Shown one piece after another: positions 1 through 12,392 of a stretch of DNA of 64,000 bases. This DNA is from Rozella allomycis CSF55 (Eukaryota): positions 1 through 64,000 of the forward strand of contig KE561324.1 of NCBI GenBank assembly GCA_000442015.1. The letters run 5' to 3'. The notes under the pieces were generated by a model, which saw only the letters and a program-made list of their open reading frames with translations, ran no database searches and was not told where the DNA came from. The translations under genes and the position numbers were made by a program. Every line of letters begins with the position of its first letter. Positions within the stretch are counted from its first letter, which is position 1.

Positions 1-214
1 GGAATTAAAGATTTTGAATATGTTTTTAAAGTTGCCATATATAAACAATCTTATTGTTTAATGTTTTTATACTTTCCCAATTCTTAATGCCATAGTATGT
101 CACATCTTTAATGAAAGCCGTCTTTAAAAAAGGTTAAACAATATTATGTCAAACCCATATCAATATGTAATAATGTAAGTTCAAGTTAAGGTAAATTGCA
201 AAACAAACAAAAAT

Positions 215-1112
215 ATGGAAGCGATTTCTGGGCTTCCACTAGAACTCCTATTAAACATACTCCTCGTAGGATCTTTTATATATATTGGTAGGAATTGAAT
301 GATGATTTTCAAAATCTATCAAAATTATACGCGCTGACGAAAAAAATAATTGAAGATAAAGCATACTGGAATCTTAAAAAAACAAAGAAAACTATTCCGC
401 TTTTATCAAGATTTTTTAATGAATATGCAAGAATGGGTTCACGGCCTAAAGTAGATGAACTAACAAAAAGAAACATTTTGTCAAAACTTGATGAAAGCCA
501 GATCAAAAACGGCATATCATTAAATATCGAACAAATTCAGCTCGAATTCAAATTCAGAAAACTGTATTTGGTTAACAAACTTAAAAAGGGTCTAAGTAAT
601 CGGCCGTCCCCAAATGATTTAATCAAATTGCGAATATACAAGCCAACTCCAATTTCTTTGATTTTGGAATATAATATGAAGAAGGATATACTAAAAAAAG
701 CATTACTGCAAAGAATAAGTTCAAGAAGGACGTTCGAATGGGCTCACAAAACAAAAATACGTAAGCAAATAGGTGATGTGAATTAAAATCAGAATCTAAT
801 TGCTACCCAACATTAATAACAAAATGCCTGATACTCGACAAGCTTTTCAAAAGGAGGAAGTTATCTATTCATCTCATCATCAGACCAAGCAGGTATCTAG
901 TTGATCAAATTAACATACTTCCAAGCGAGCGAAAAACGCGTAATAATCAAATCCTTACTCCAAATTCGAGCTTTATAAAGTCAATAACGTCTAGACCTTC
1001 CGTTTCTTGCCTAAACAAACATAAACCTGTAGGTGAATTAAATATAGCATTAATAACTTGTCCCAGTATTAAGACTAAAATAGCATTTTTTGAGAATATA
1101 AACCGAAAATAA
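215..1112 (+). CDS. F-box + RPEL-repeat protein (2 introns)
   Basis: Spliced N-terminus MEAISGLPLELLLNILL-ELNDDF is F-box-like. RPEL-like repeats: SRPKVDELTKRNIL, LSNRPSPNDLIKLRIY, IIRPSRYLVDQINIL. Last exon ends TCPSIKTKIAFFENINRK*. Confidence 0.6.
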
Positions 1113-1202
1113 TAAAATCATTATTTTTTCGCGTAAAAGTACTTTTTACTGAACAATACCAGCCCATTCCAAAAATTCGTTAACCCCATTTTATTTTTGC
1201 AG

Positions 1203-2758
1203 ATGAGTTCTGGAGACGTATATTTACGAGAACAATTTGAAAAAACAATCAAAGAACTTAAAAACATTAAACAGAAACTTGAATATACCGAAAAAGAAAA
1301 TCAACAATTAAAGAGATCCATTTTCGAATTGTCGTCTAGAATATCTAATTCTGTGATAAGAAGAAATCCTTTTATATTTGAGCCGGCAGAACCAGTTGTT
1401 GCTTCAGATGAAATTAAACCCAACAATGGAAAATCCTCGTCTCAATTCAGTGATAGCCGTCAATTTTTCAACAAATGTGACTTAAAAGTAATTCAAAGTA
1501 TATATTTGCCTAGGTAATGACTTTATTACAACCGGAATGCACAGGGACACTCCGGGGCTGTTTACACAGTAAAATTCAGCAATTGCGGTAGGTATCTGGC
1601 CAGCGGATCGTTTGACAAAACCATTCGAATATGGGATTTAGGAACTCAAAAAGAAGTACAACTTGTTATTGATAAGAAATAGATGGGGGTTTTGAATGGA
1701 CACACACTGAATGTGTCTGACATAGAATGGGGTCAGAGTCCAAATGAATTGCTCTCAGGCGGCTATGACTGCTCTTGTAAGGTAAGGAACTAATTTAAAT
1801 ATTTTCAGATATGGAATATTGAATACAAGAATGTGATCAATGATTTTCATACAGAAGGATTAAACCAGTGTGTGTCCTTTCATTCAGAGAATTTGGTTTT
1901 ATGTGGCACAAGTAGAAAAAAGATATGCGTATTTGACAAGAGACAAGCAAACCACGTGCTAGAATTTAAAAATAACTCAATTGTTAATTCAATGTAAGGA
2001 TTTAAGGTTTAGATCCTAGTTATGCTTACCGGGATGGATCACATATAGTGAGTGGTGACTCTTCTGGTTATTTAAAAACTTGGGATTTTAGAAGTTTGGG
2101 TACTATTTTTGCCACTTTGAATGAACCTTCGGGAAAACCTATTTCTCACATATCCACTTGCCTCAAAAATCCATGTATTTTTGAACTTTACTTCCTAATT
2201 TAGATCAGACTGAAGAGCCTCGATATATGGCTGTTAATAGTTATGATAATGGTACTAGGAATATATCTTGTTAATTAGTGTTAAGAGTATATGATCGCGG
2301 GCTAATACCTCCAAAAACTAAAAGAACTTTAATTCACTCACTTAGGAATCATAAAAATAAAAATTGGCCAATTAAAAGCTCATTTTTTCAAGGCATAGAA
2401 AGTGATAGCGTCAATTGTTTCTTTAATTAGGTGAGACTGACACAAAAGAGTCAGATAAAGGGGACACAGAGCTTTCATCAATTAATCATACGTAGTCTAT
2501 TAATTAAGTCTGATAAAGTTCCAATATATTCCTTGCTACAGGAAGCGTAGATCCGTACATATATGTCTATGATGTAAGCGGCCAACCAGTAAGATCTATT
2601 TTAGTATATATTAGGGGTCGGGTTCTTTATTGCAAAGATTAGAAGGGCATTCTGATAAAGTGTATTCCGTATGCTTTCATCCCAGTGAGCCCATTTTGGC
2701 AAGTGGATCTTCGGATAATTTGATTAAAGTATGGGTCCCAAAAACTAGAGTGGAATAA
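1203..2758 (+). CDS. Coiled-coil + WD40-repeat protein (multi-intron)
   Basis: WD repeats GHSGAVYTVKFSNCGRYLASGSFDKTIRIWD and GHSDKVYSVCFHPSEPILASGSSDNLIKVW after removing 26-31 nt introns. Confidence 0.85.
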
Positions 2759-2808
2759 ATTTTGATTGGCAACCAATTTTCGCCTCAGCCACGTGGGGAG
2801 GTATCTTA

Positions 2809-3701
2809 ATGCTTTACAGGATCTTTGACAAATTCTCTACATTTTTCTTTGAACCCCTTTTTATTTTATGGAAACGTCTTTTTTTCAGAGGAATCGACTT
2901 CAAGTCCTTATCCCATCGCAATTCAAAATCAAACAAACTAATGTATCGCAAGAAGAAAAAGTATTCCCAGGTAGCTTCAAATTTTGAGGCTCGACAAATT
3001 CTCTCACCACAGTACGAAATTGAATCCCAGACCACACATGGAAACTTTCTGGAACCTATTCTTTCAGACATTTACAACTTTCCGTTAACTTCGACGAAAT
3101 CTAAGATCACATTGCCCAAAAAGAAGAAGACTTTGGTGCTAGATTTGGATGAGACCTTAGTGCATGCATCTATGGAGGACGATACAAATGTTAGTTGGCG
3201 AATTGAGGTTGAGGTTGAGGGTCTATCATGCCTATATTTCATTAGAAAACGCCCTTTTGTTGATTATTTTCTTGATATTGTTTCTAAATGGTATTCTTTA
3301 GTTATATTTACAGCAAGCAAGAGGGAATATGCATCTAAAGTTATTGATTTACTAGACAATGGTAGGAGTCTATTTAAAGATAGATACTACAGAGAAGTAA
3401 TGGTATTAATGATTTAACATAAAGTCTTGTATTTCAGAGAACGATACATCATATTACAAAAAGTTGGATATCATTGATTCTGACTTATCCAGCATATTCA
3501 TTATTGACAATTCCCCTTTGTCATTCGCTTTATTTCCAGGTATTTAAAAAATATGGCAATTTTTTAGATAATGGTGTTCATATAGAGACATGGAAAAACG
3601 ATAAAAACGATACTTCCTTATTTGACTTGTTATCGTTCCTAGATGCACTCAGATTTTGTAATGATGTTCGTTCAATTATATCATTAAAGCAATTCACATG
3701 A
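2809..3701 (+). CDS. FCP/SCP-family CTD-like phosphatase (Nem1/Dullard-like)
   Basis: KKTLVLDLDETLVH catalytic motif, KRPFVDYFL, FTAS..YA, IIDNSP; 2 GT-AG introns. Confidence 0.85.
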
Positions 3702-3708
3702 AGATTAT

Positions 3709-4435
3709 TTATTTTGAAAGAATTTCTTCTATTATTCCTGATATGTTATCATCCGGAGAGTAATCTAGCCTTTTCAGCACCATCGATAACTGGATAGTTT
3801 CTTTATTGCTATTAGCCTTGATCCAAATTCTACCATTTAATCCCGTCGCGCATTCAAATGTAAAATTTGAACCAACCCCTTCAAGGATTTGAGAATCCGG
3901 TTTTAATGTTCTTTTACATAAGCCAGTGCTACAATGTACTATAAACCCATCGGATAACTCGCCAAATCCGTCTGATTTATTTAAAATTGACATGCAGCTT
4001 ATCTCTGGTTCTAAATCTTTGTTGGCTACAGTTACCCTCGCGTAGACAACACTTCCGACCTTTCAATTCTGAAATACTTTATTACGTTTAAATTTGGTCT
4101 ATTTCTTTTTGTAGCGCTTTCAAAAGCCAAGTTTGGTAGAATCGCCAACTGGTGACTTCCGATATCAACTCTGTAAAAATCGGTAAGTTTGGCTGTTACA
4201 ATACCAACAACTGGATCGTTTAAACTAGGAATATACTAGGAGAATAAATAAGTATACGTTTTACTCTTTTCTGTGAGCTTTCCAACCAGACTTTGTTATT
4301 TTCTTTATGCAAAATTCCAGGCTTTGTGCTTATAATTTTATCGTTTCTATACATCAGACCAGGTCCGATCTTTTTTGTGTCACTATTTTCACAATCATCA
4401 AGTTCAAAACCATCCCCAGGTAAAGCGATAGACAT
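3709..4435 (-). CDS. RRP40: Exosome subunit Rrp40
   Basis: ALPGD, IGPGL, YIPSLNDPVVGIV, AFESATKRNRPNL, GFGEL, GLNGRIWI; 2 introns. Confidence 0.9.
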
Positions 4436-4533
4436 TTTTTAGAAACGTAAATTTCGGTATTTACAACTATATTTGCTACCTCATAACGGACGCTACGTGT
4501 GTATAAAAATTACGTGGAAACCATAGCGACAAA

Positions 4534-5345
4534 ATGGTTGTGAGTAACAAACCGAGTAATATTTTATTGCTAAAAAGCCCCGGTACACACAAAATTTACA
4601 TTCAATCATTTAGTTGGAAAAAGCAAACCTACTACATTTGATCTACCCGATGCTTCACATGTCTATGGGAAAAAAGTTGAAGAACCAAGGACAGCGCGGC
4701 AACCGGTACATAAATTTATATGTCTACATATCAGTGTTAACATCTTGGGTCGTCGTGGAAAAGAAACAAGAAGAAGAAAGGGGGTTAGATTTCATCACCA
4801 TGAACAAGGAAGCAACAAATAATGGTTACATAACTGCCAAAGACCAGCTGAAATGGAGAAAAGAACACGCAATACATCAGAAGAAAATAAACCACAATTT
4901 TCGATCGGAAAAAAAATTACAGTTACAGACGTCAAATAAAGATGGATATACGTATGGGATGGCTGTTAGGTAGGCTTGACGTGTATCTGATTAATTAGAC
5001 CATCAACGCCTGTATCAAGACTAATGACAGATTACTTCCAGGAAGAATGGCTAAAAAATCAAGAAAAGAAAAGATTGGAAAAAGAAAGACAAGAAGAAGT
5101 AATCATGTAGTATTCATTTAACGGAGGAACGTACCAAACAACACAAAGAACGATTGATGAAGTCGAACAAAATTCTCCAACAGAATCATACCCATGCGCC
5201 ACCAAAGGAGCGTAAAAGCCTAACTGCGGATCCTGCTGATTTATTCAAAATGACCAAGTTTAAAAACATTCCTCCCAAAATTGAATCAAAAAGAAATCCA
5301 GACGACCCTGCATTGATTAAGTATAAACAAAATATTGAAGTGTAG
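4534..5345 (+). CDS. CFAP77: CFAP77/DUF4483-like flagellar protein
   Basis: NILLLKSPVGKSKPTTFDLPDASHVYG, DFITMNKEA, TYGMAVRPSTPVSRL, LFKMTKFKNIPPK. The second intron only restores frame with a TG acceptor or a 1-nt indel. Confidence 0.7.
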
Positions 5346-5352
5346 GAGATAT

Positions 5353-6690
5353 TTATTGTTTTGCCATTTTCAATTTCTTTAATCTTTTAATCTTTTCTTT
5401 TAAGTTTCTATCAATCAATTTAATTTTCGGAGCTGTGTAGTCGGTCTTTTTCAAAATTCCTTTGGGTGGATTTTGCGATGAATTTGACTGCGTTGAAGCG
5501 CCTTGTTCTTGTAGGGAAAGACGGACTTTTTTCTTTGCTGGCCTTTCAGACTTTTCAGAATTAAGTTTGATCTTGTTTTCTTTTACTTTCCTTTGCTTCC
5601 TCTTAGTTTTTGGCTTGGGCTTTTCCACTTCAAAAACTATGTTTAAAAACTAAATAACTTACTATATTTCTTTTCTTTTGGTAAAATGGATGATAGATTT
5701 TGAGGCAATTCAATATTGTGCAATTTAAGAGACTCTGCTATTATTTTCTTCATCTTTGAATGAATGGATGCAGAAGCAGAAATTTGAAGAAGATTCGAAA
5801 CAAACCAGTCCTTTTCTATAATACTACCAAGATTTCCATCGTTTTCTTCTCCTTCAAAAACATAATCTAAACTAACAAGAACCAATAATTTTACCTTCTA
5901 CCGCACCATTTAGTAAGGGATCAATGAAATAATCTTTAATTTTTTCAAAGACATTTTTCTTTTCACTTTGTTCAATCAATTCCATAATAGGTGTTAATAA
6001 AGCTGTAATAACGTTGGAAGGTACCTAAATCTAAATTATGTAGTATTTTTACTGAATCAGTTGAGCGTCTTAGACAACCGAGAAATTTGCTTATAATATG
6101 AAGCTTTATAGAATCTCTATCGGATTTTATACTAATTGAAGAAAGTGTTCTTTTGTTACCTTAAAGGACCCTCTTTCATAATCATTTTCCATTTTTCAAC
6201 CTGGACTAAATCCCAATTATTGTTTTTCAATAATAAGATTGAAGCTTGCAATACTTCTCTAAATAAATTGTAGTATTTGTTGAGTCTAGTGTTAATGATA
6301 AACCATTAAGCTACCTCCATTTATCAATCCCTGGCCATTCACGCATCATCGTATCCCAAAAGCATTTCAAGTGCAAGTCCCATTGTTTAGCGTTTAGAAA
6401 AAATTTCGCAAATTTCGAAGCAAGTTCTTGCTGAACCAGAGGTTTATCACTCATCCAATAACCTGATGACGTTGAAAATAAAATTTTACAATAATATAAT
6501 CCTTTCCAAACTTTCATACATTCAAGTTCAGTCATATCCATTTGTTGCGAAATAGTCGAAGAAAATTTTCGAAAACTTTGATCTCGGATTTTTTTGTCTT
6601 TTAATAAACGCAAATTATATTACCGGTATGAGCTAACAATTTCCCAAACTGTACTTGTTGCTCAGTTACATTATACTCATGTTCAACCAT
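5353..6690 (-). CDS. RRP1: Nucleolar protein Rrp1/Nop52
   Basis: [45 protein letters not shown]; about 7 introns; lysine-rich tail. Confidence 0.9.
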
Positions 6691-6738
6691 TTGTTGTGGC
6701 TTGGCGACTTATAAAATATTTTAAAATAGTAGTAAAAT

Positions 6739-9700
6739 TTATTGTAAGATTAATCGATTATCGAATATGATTTGTCTTGAAATGTTTTTCAGCGAAAAAT
6801 GTTTTAATGTTTCAATAATGGCAATGTCTAATACGACTAGAATAAATGTGGATAGAAATATATTTGAAAATGAAATGTATAGAAATGTCTCTAAAGAGAT
6901 ATAAGACATCCATAATTTCCATTCGTATCTGCTTAATGAAAAAGGCAAGGGGCAATCTTCATTGATGACGGACATAACAGAGGCGGTAGAGATGTCAGGA
7001 ACTGATTTAAATATTTTTTCAGACCAACTTGGATGATGAATATAATAAATATACTCTTTGAAATTCTATCTCTATTGTTTGGAACAATTTACTTTGTTTA
7101 TAAAATGACATAGAAATCTATTTAGAAGTCTGTAACACTCGTATATCTTTTGATGTGGAGAGTTTTTGCTTAATTCATTGACAAGAGAGCAATTTAGTTT
7201 CTGATATACAGATTGAAAATTCTTATTAATGTAAAATTCATATGTCTGTATTGGGACAGTGATTAATTTACCTGAACGTCAGAGTTATCTAAACCGTGGT
7301 TTGACAATACAACCGCCTATATATATTATAATATAAATAGATTACATTTTCTTCGTTCAAATAATCCACCATCTTGTCGATTGTCATTTCACCGGATTCA
7401 TGAACGGTTTTCCCATGAATGTAAAATCCATGAAATGGTTCATCAAATATGAAAAGACTTTTATTTGAAAATGATAAAACATCGACAAGTTGCAACATGG
7501 GATTTCCTTTTATTTTGTTCACGAAAATTAATTCAAAAAGAACCTGTCAAAGAAAGTTGACGATTTTACTTGGGCGTATATTATAGTAAAAAATAAAGAT
7601 GTATGAAAGCCAAAAATTAGCAAGTACGATTTCACACCCTGGTTAATCGGATTGCTTACTCCAAAGAAACATAATGAAGAATAGCCAAACCATTCATTGG
7701 CAATCAGAAAGATAAAAATAGTCAAGAGAACATTTGTTCTTCGATTCAATCCAACTTTGACTATTTCATTCACTATAAACATAACTCTCCTAATTATGGC
7801 ATATTCATTCATTATACCATGCGCATGGATATTCTTTTCCTTCCCAATCCAATAGCAATATGGAACACGTCACAGATTTATAGAAATGTGAAATAATAGC
7901 GAAAGCACTTGTAATTACCAACGCTAACAATATTTGAATAAAAGTTGTCGTAATGGCAGAGTCATTTAATGGCAAAACATTGTGAAGAGCTCGTGTAACC
8001 TCATTGATAAAATTACTGTTACTCTGGACTTTATAAGTGAAAATCCAATAAAGAGTCAAAATATATAATGATAAAAAGGAATATAATGTGAATAAATCCA
8101 ATATTGATAGTAACCCTCTAGAAAAAGTCTATCGATCTTTAATGCACAAAATACCTCAGAATCGAATATAATTCCGTTTCTTTGCATCCTAAAACCCCAA
8201 ATGTACAGCGAATAAAGCCAAGAGCACACGAGCATTACAGAAACTATAGTTGCGACTATCGCTAGCACTGAAGTAGTGTTTGTATCATCAGACTTGTATA
8301 TCACGTCAATCTTAAATTATGTTTTGTATAATTGTCTACGGTTAAAGTCGCTGGCATCGCCACTGAAGCACTAGTAACAGAATAAGTCAACGTCATTATT
8401 GGCAGTTTCAATGTCTTTGTTTCCCAGTCTACATTGAATCTTCTTGAAAAAATATCTTCACATTTTACTCTATCGTAACAATTGAAACGTATTTTGTTAA
8501 TGCTGTACTAGATGACAAGCCAGTTATTGAATCTATTGGTACAAATCTTCGTACATAAACATCATCTTCAGAATATGCGTTATTATTAACAGACATTGAA
8601 AGTGGCTTAATCAAAATAGGCTGATAATTCCCATCGTCATCCAATATATCTCTCAACAATAAACTAAAACGTTACATGGTTCCAAAAATTCTTGATTTGT
8701 TTGCTTCAAGTTTAAGGCACATTTTACATTTTGATTGTTACCCAAGTATAATTGAAATTCTGAATCGATACAGCCAAAACCCTTTGAAGTCATTGGTAAA
8801 ATCCCCAAAAACGTTCCGTTAAGCGAATAGCGAAAAAAAACGATTTTCAGTTGTTTCTAAAAAATGAATTTCTTAGCTTTACTGGAAGTGTCAACTGTAT
8901 ATTTGAAGTGTAAGAATTCAAAGTAGAAATCGTATCACCTGAAAGTAATCGAACGTAGAGCCATGGGAATAATACCGGACTTTCGTCAAAGGAAATACTT
9001 TTTACATGTCTGAATTTATCCCAATACCGCTATTCCTTCTTCTATTTCTAGATATTGCTTGCACTAATGAACAAGGGGCGCTAGATTTTTCATAACCCGC
9101 CATCACACACATATTCACTAATGATTGGCACGAAGCGTCATAATTTAGTGACTGGCTCATTTTAAATGAAGATATTTACATTGCATTCGTAGGCAGTAGA
9201 AATGAAATATGTGGAGATATATGTAGACATCAAAGATATTGAAGGAATTAATCCAGAATTCGTGATGACGTTCTTTTAATATCAATTATTTAAAAAATTA
9301 CTTGAAAAGTCATACTGGTAATTGGATATTGCGAACTAATCGACGTAAAAGATGAACTTGGAACACATGCTGTATTATTGGAAGAAATCTGATGGCCAAC
9401 TGGGCATTGACACAAATTTCCATCAAATATCATCAAAGAGTCTGGGCACTTCAGGCATTTGGATTTATCAGACGATGGATAGGCATTGGTGGGACAAGGT
9501 AAGCAAGAAACCTGCCCCAACCGATTCCCAACCACATCAACATCCACTAGATATATTGTATTTTCATTACTTACCCAGGATGGAGGTTGAATTGCATTGA
9601 CATATTCGTGATGAAATGGAAATCCCGGGTTGACAATACATACAAACATTCCTATCAAATGAACTAGTTTGATTCAATAGACAAGACTGGCATTCGTCTA

Positions 9701-9930
9701 CATATATGCCACGGGAATTAAGTTGTCTAGTCTTTATATGACCAGTAACACACTCACAACTTCCCTGGGAATCTGTATTGATTTGTTACACATCGATAAA
9801 TACCTTGTAATGAATTCAAAGGACAATTGGAACATCTTAATTCATAAAGATCAAAGTATTGAGTTTGATCACACACCTGAGCGAGTGCACTGCCTAGAAT
9901 AAGGTAGAATGCATGTAATTGAAATTTCAT
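6739..9930 (-). CDS. TMEM67: Meckelin, ciliary transition-zone protein
   Basis: Signal peptide and Cys-rich ectodomain; SCQSLVNMCVM, VRRFVPIDSITG, LLDWE, GFYIHGKTVHESGEMTI, C-terminal KNISRQIIFDNRLI; about 14 introns. Confidence 0.85.
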
Positions 9931-10023
9931 CAAAGCCCCCAAGTCAATTTTCTATAAATAAATATCAAAAATTAATAAAATTTATTGTAAAATTATCTAC
10001 TACTTATAATACGTGATCAATAA

Positions 10024-11092
10024 TCACTTCAAACTTGCCATTAGCATGGCATTGGTTAAGCCACTAACGTTAGTATCGAGGGGCTGCACTTTTGACCGGT
10101 TTTTATTTAAAATTGCTTTCGATCTATGAAGTTTTCCTTCTGAAGTTGTTCTTTTAGGAATATTGTCTAAATTGTGATTAGGGGTTATTGCAGTTAACGT
10201 CTTTCGCGAGAAATGATTTCTATTGTGGTAGCCGAATACATCTTCATCGTCGATTTCTAAATTTTCGTTAAATGGCTTTCTATTTTCTTGATTGGGAACC
10301 GGTCTATTGATCTTGCCAGTAGTAAGGTTTATTTGATCCTAAGATCTAATGATAGAAAAACTATTACAGATAGCAGGTATGATCTGTTAATTATAATCTT
10401 TTCAATCAATCTACTTGCATTGTTTGCATCTATAAATAAATCAATATTGCTGTTTGGAGGTGCCCGAAGTAGAGTTGGCCCAAAAACAATAGAAAGATTT
10501 TTGGCATCCATTTTCGTACTCTCATAATTTCTAATTATGAGATCGAAAAGTTCTAGCAAATGATTGAGTATTATCATATTCACTCTTGGAAGAAAGCCAA
10601 TTATCTTTTTTATGCATTCCAATCTTGTTTGCTCAAAATTTATTGCTTCTGCTGCCATAAAGCAGTCGTACAACTCAAAGGTAAGTAATGGTTCAGGTAG
10701 CTCTCTTAAGTAGCACTTCAAAAGTGATGCGATATTGTGGGGCGACTGGTCGGGTCCCAAAAACTTTCCAATCGCTCGACCTACTTCATGAAACTATAAT
10801 AAATTACCTTTGTTAATCTTGTATCTTAATTCCTTGACCAAAATTGTGCTACCAACGATTCGGAAAATGCCTTCTTCCTGTATTCCTATATATTTTAAAA
10901 TTGCACCAGCTTACCATATTTTTTTAAATATTCAAACAATTCATAAATAGGTTCAGGAATTCCTCCTTTTAAACCTAATGCAATGCGTAGGTCAACCAAG
11001 TCCCCTAGTACAGGCAAGCTTTTGCCGAATAAAGCTTCAACAGAGGACTCTTTCCGCCTTGTTAATTTCCTGAGCCTTTTAGGAAGTTCCAT
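10024..11092 (-). CDS. RhoGAP-domain protein
   Basis: EEGIFRIVGS arginine finger, IASLLKCYLRELPEPLLTFELY, KMDAKNLSIVFGPTLL; 3 introns. Confidence 0.9.
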
Positions 11093-12178
11093 CACTCTTT
11101 GAAACAATTCAATGTGGCTAAGTAATTTAATGGCGGGATTTTCGACAAGGCTCGCAATGGTCGTTATTTGTAACACCGTTTTTACCTAATGCTTAAATAC
11201 TCTACAGATAATATTTTCTGTACAGTATTCAAATGTAGGAATATTGGAAGAGCAAACAGCATCCAGCAAGGCCAAAGCATCTTCATCTGAGAAAACAAAA
11301 GCGTTGTCATTTTTCAACTTTTTCAGTATTGAATTCGGCCACCAGAGACTGAAAATGGGTTTGATTGAGCTGTTCAATGCTAAGATTATCATCGAAAGGG
11401 AATATGACTCGAACAAATTCATTAATAGAACTATCAAAGCGACAAGTACTTTGGCAACGACGAAATCTCGATCCTTAAACAGTTTGTAGAGAACCATTTG
11501 TTTTCTCTTTCCAGATGGGATCGGATTGTGGACTCTGTATTAAAACTGTTCAGAGCATTTGACATGGAGTGAAGCCAAATGATTTTCTAAAGTCCGCAGG
11601 AATGTAGACTCTGCTTTTCTTTCGACATGCATGTAGGAAAAGGACAACGCAGAGTCTGCAGACTCGGGAGCGCTGGAAGGGAGCCATTCGACGAGCGAAG
11701 GATGGGAGAGACAATAAACGATTGGAAAACAGTATTGGACCAGTCACTGTTAGAATCGGGGATGCCAGGTGGGGCTTGATTTTGAGCCAAGGTGTATCAA
11801 AGAAGAGATCATTATCCAATTCATCATCGAATAAATGCGTTTCAGAGGACTGATGGAAGCTAGTATTAGAAAGAAGGGGACCTACCGTTTGTTTACTTTT
11901 AAGAAATTGAATTGGATGAATTTTTAAAGGCGTTGAATTTAGCGTCACACTTCCTCTTACACCTCCTTGAATCGGGTGTTCGAAACTACTATGTAAATAT
12001 AAAATCAGACTTTATCGTATACAATAAAACATTATTTTAATCCATTAGAATAACGTGTAATATCAATTATAATCAAGACACCGCCAAGTTGTAAATTAAC
12101 TTCTTATGGTTTAGATTATTGCAACAATTAAATGCAACAACTCATATGCCTTCTTTTCTATTTCAATTAGTGTCGTTT

Positions 12179-12340
12179 TGTTACAGGAGGACTTCATCGG
12201 TATAAATCCCTTCGGTGAATCCTCTATTGACAGTAAAATATTGAAATAGTGTTAAGTCGATTTTCCATAGTCGTGCGTGAAGGGAAAGAAGAAACCAATT
12301 TCATCTGGTAACATCACAGAAACCAAACATGGCTCAAATG
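12179..12340 (+). ncRNA. Candidate structured RNA (H/ACA-like)
   Basis: Long hairpin 12179-12232 (tgtta/tgaca, ggagga/tcctct, ttcatcgg/tcggtgaa) whose G-U pairs favour the + strand, followed by an ANANNA-like aaaata. Confidence 0.3.
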
Positions 12341-12392
12341 ATGATTCATGTATGGAAGGAAAAGGGATATAAATTAAAGGATAAGATTTTTA

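Noticed and set aside
12255-12350. U3 snoRNA (GCGTGAAG and ATGATGA boxes)
   Set aside because: No D box follows, the spacing is wrong and there is no proper box A or C'.
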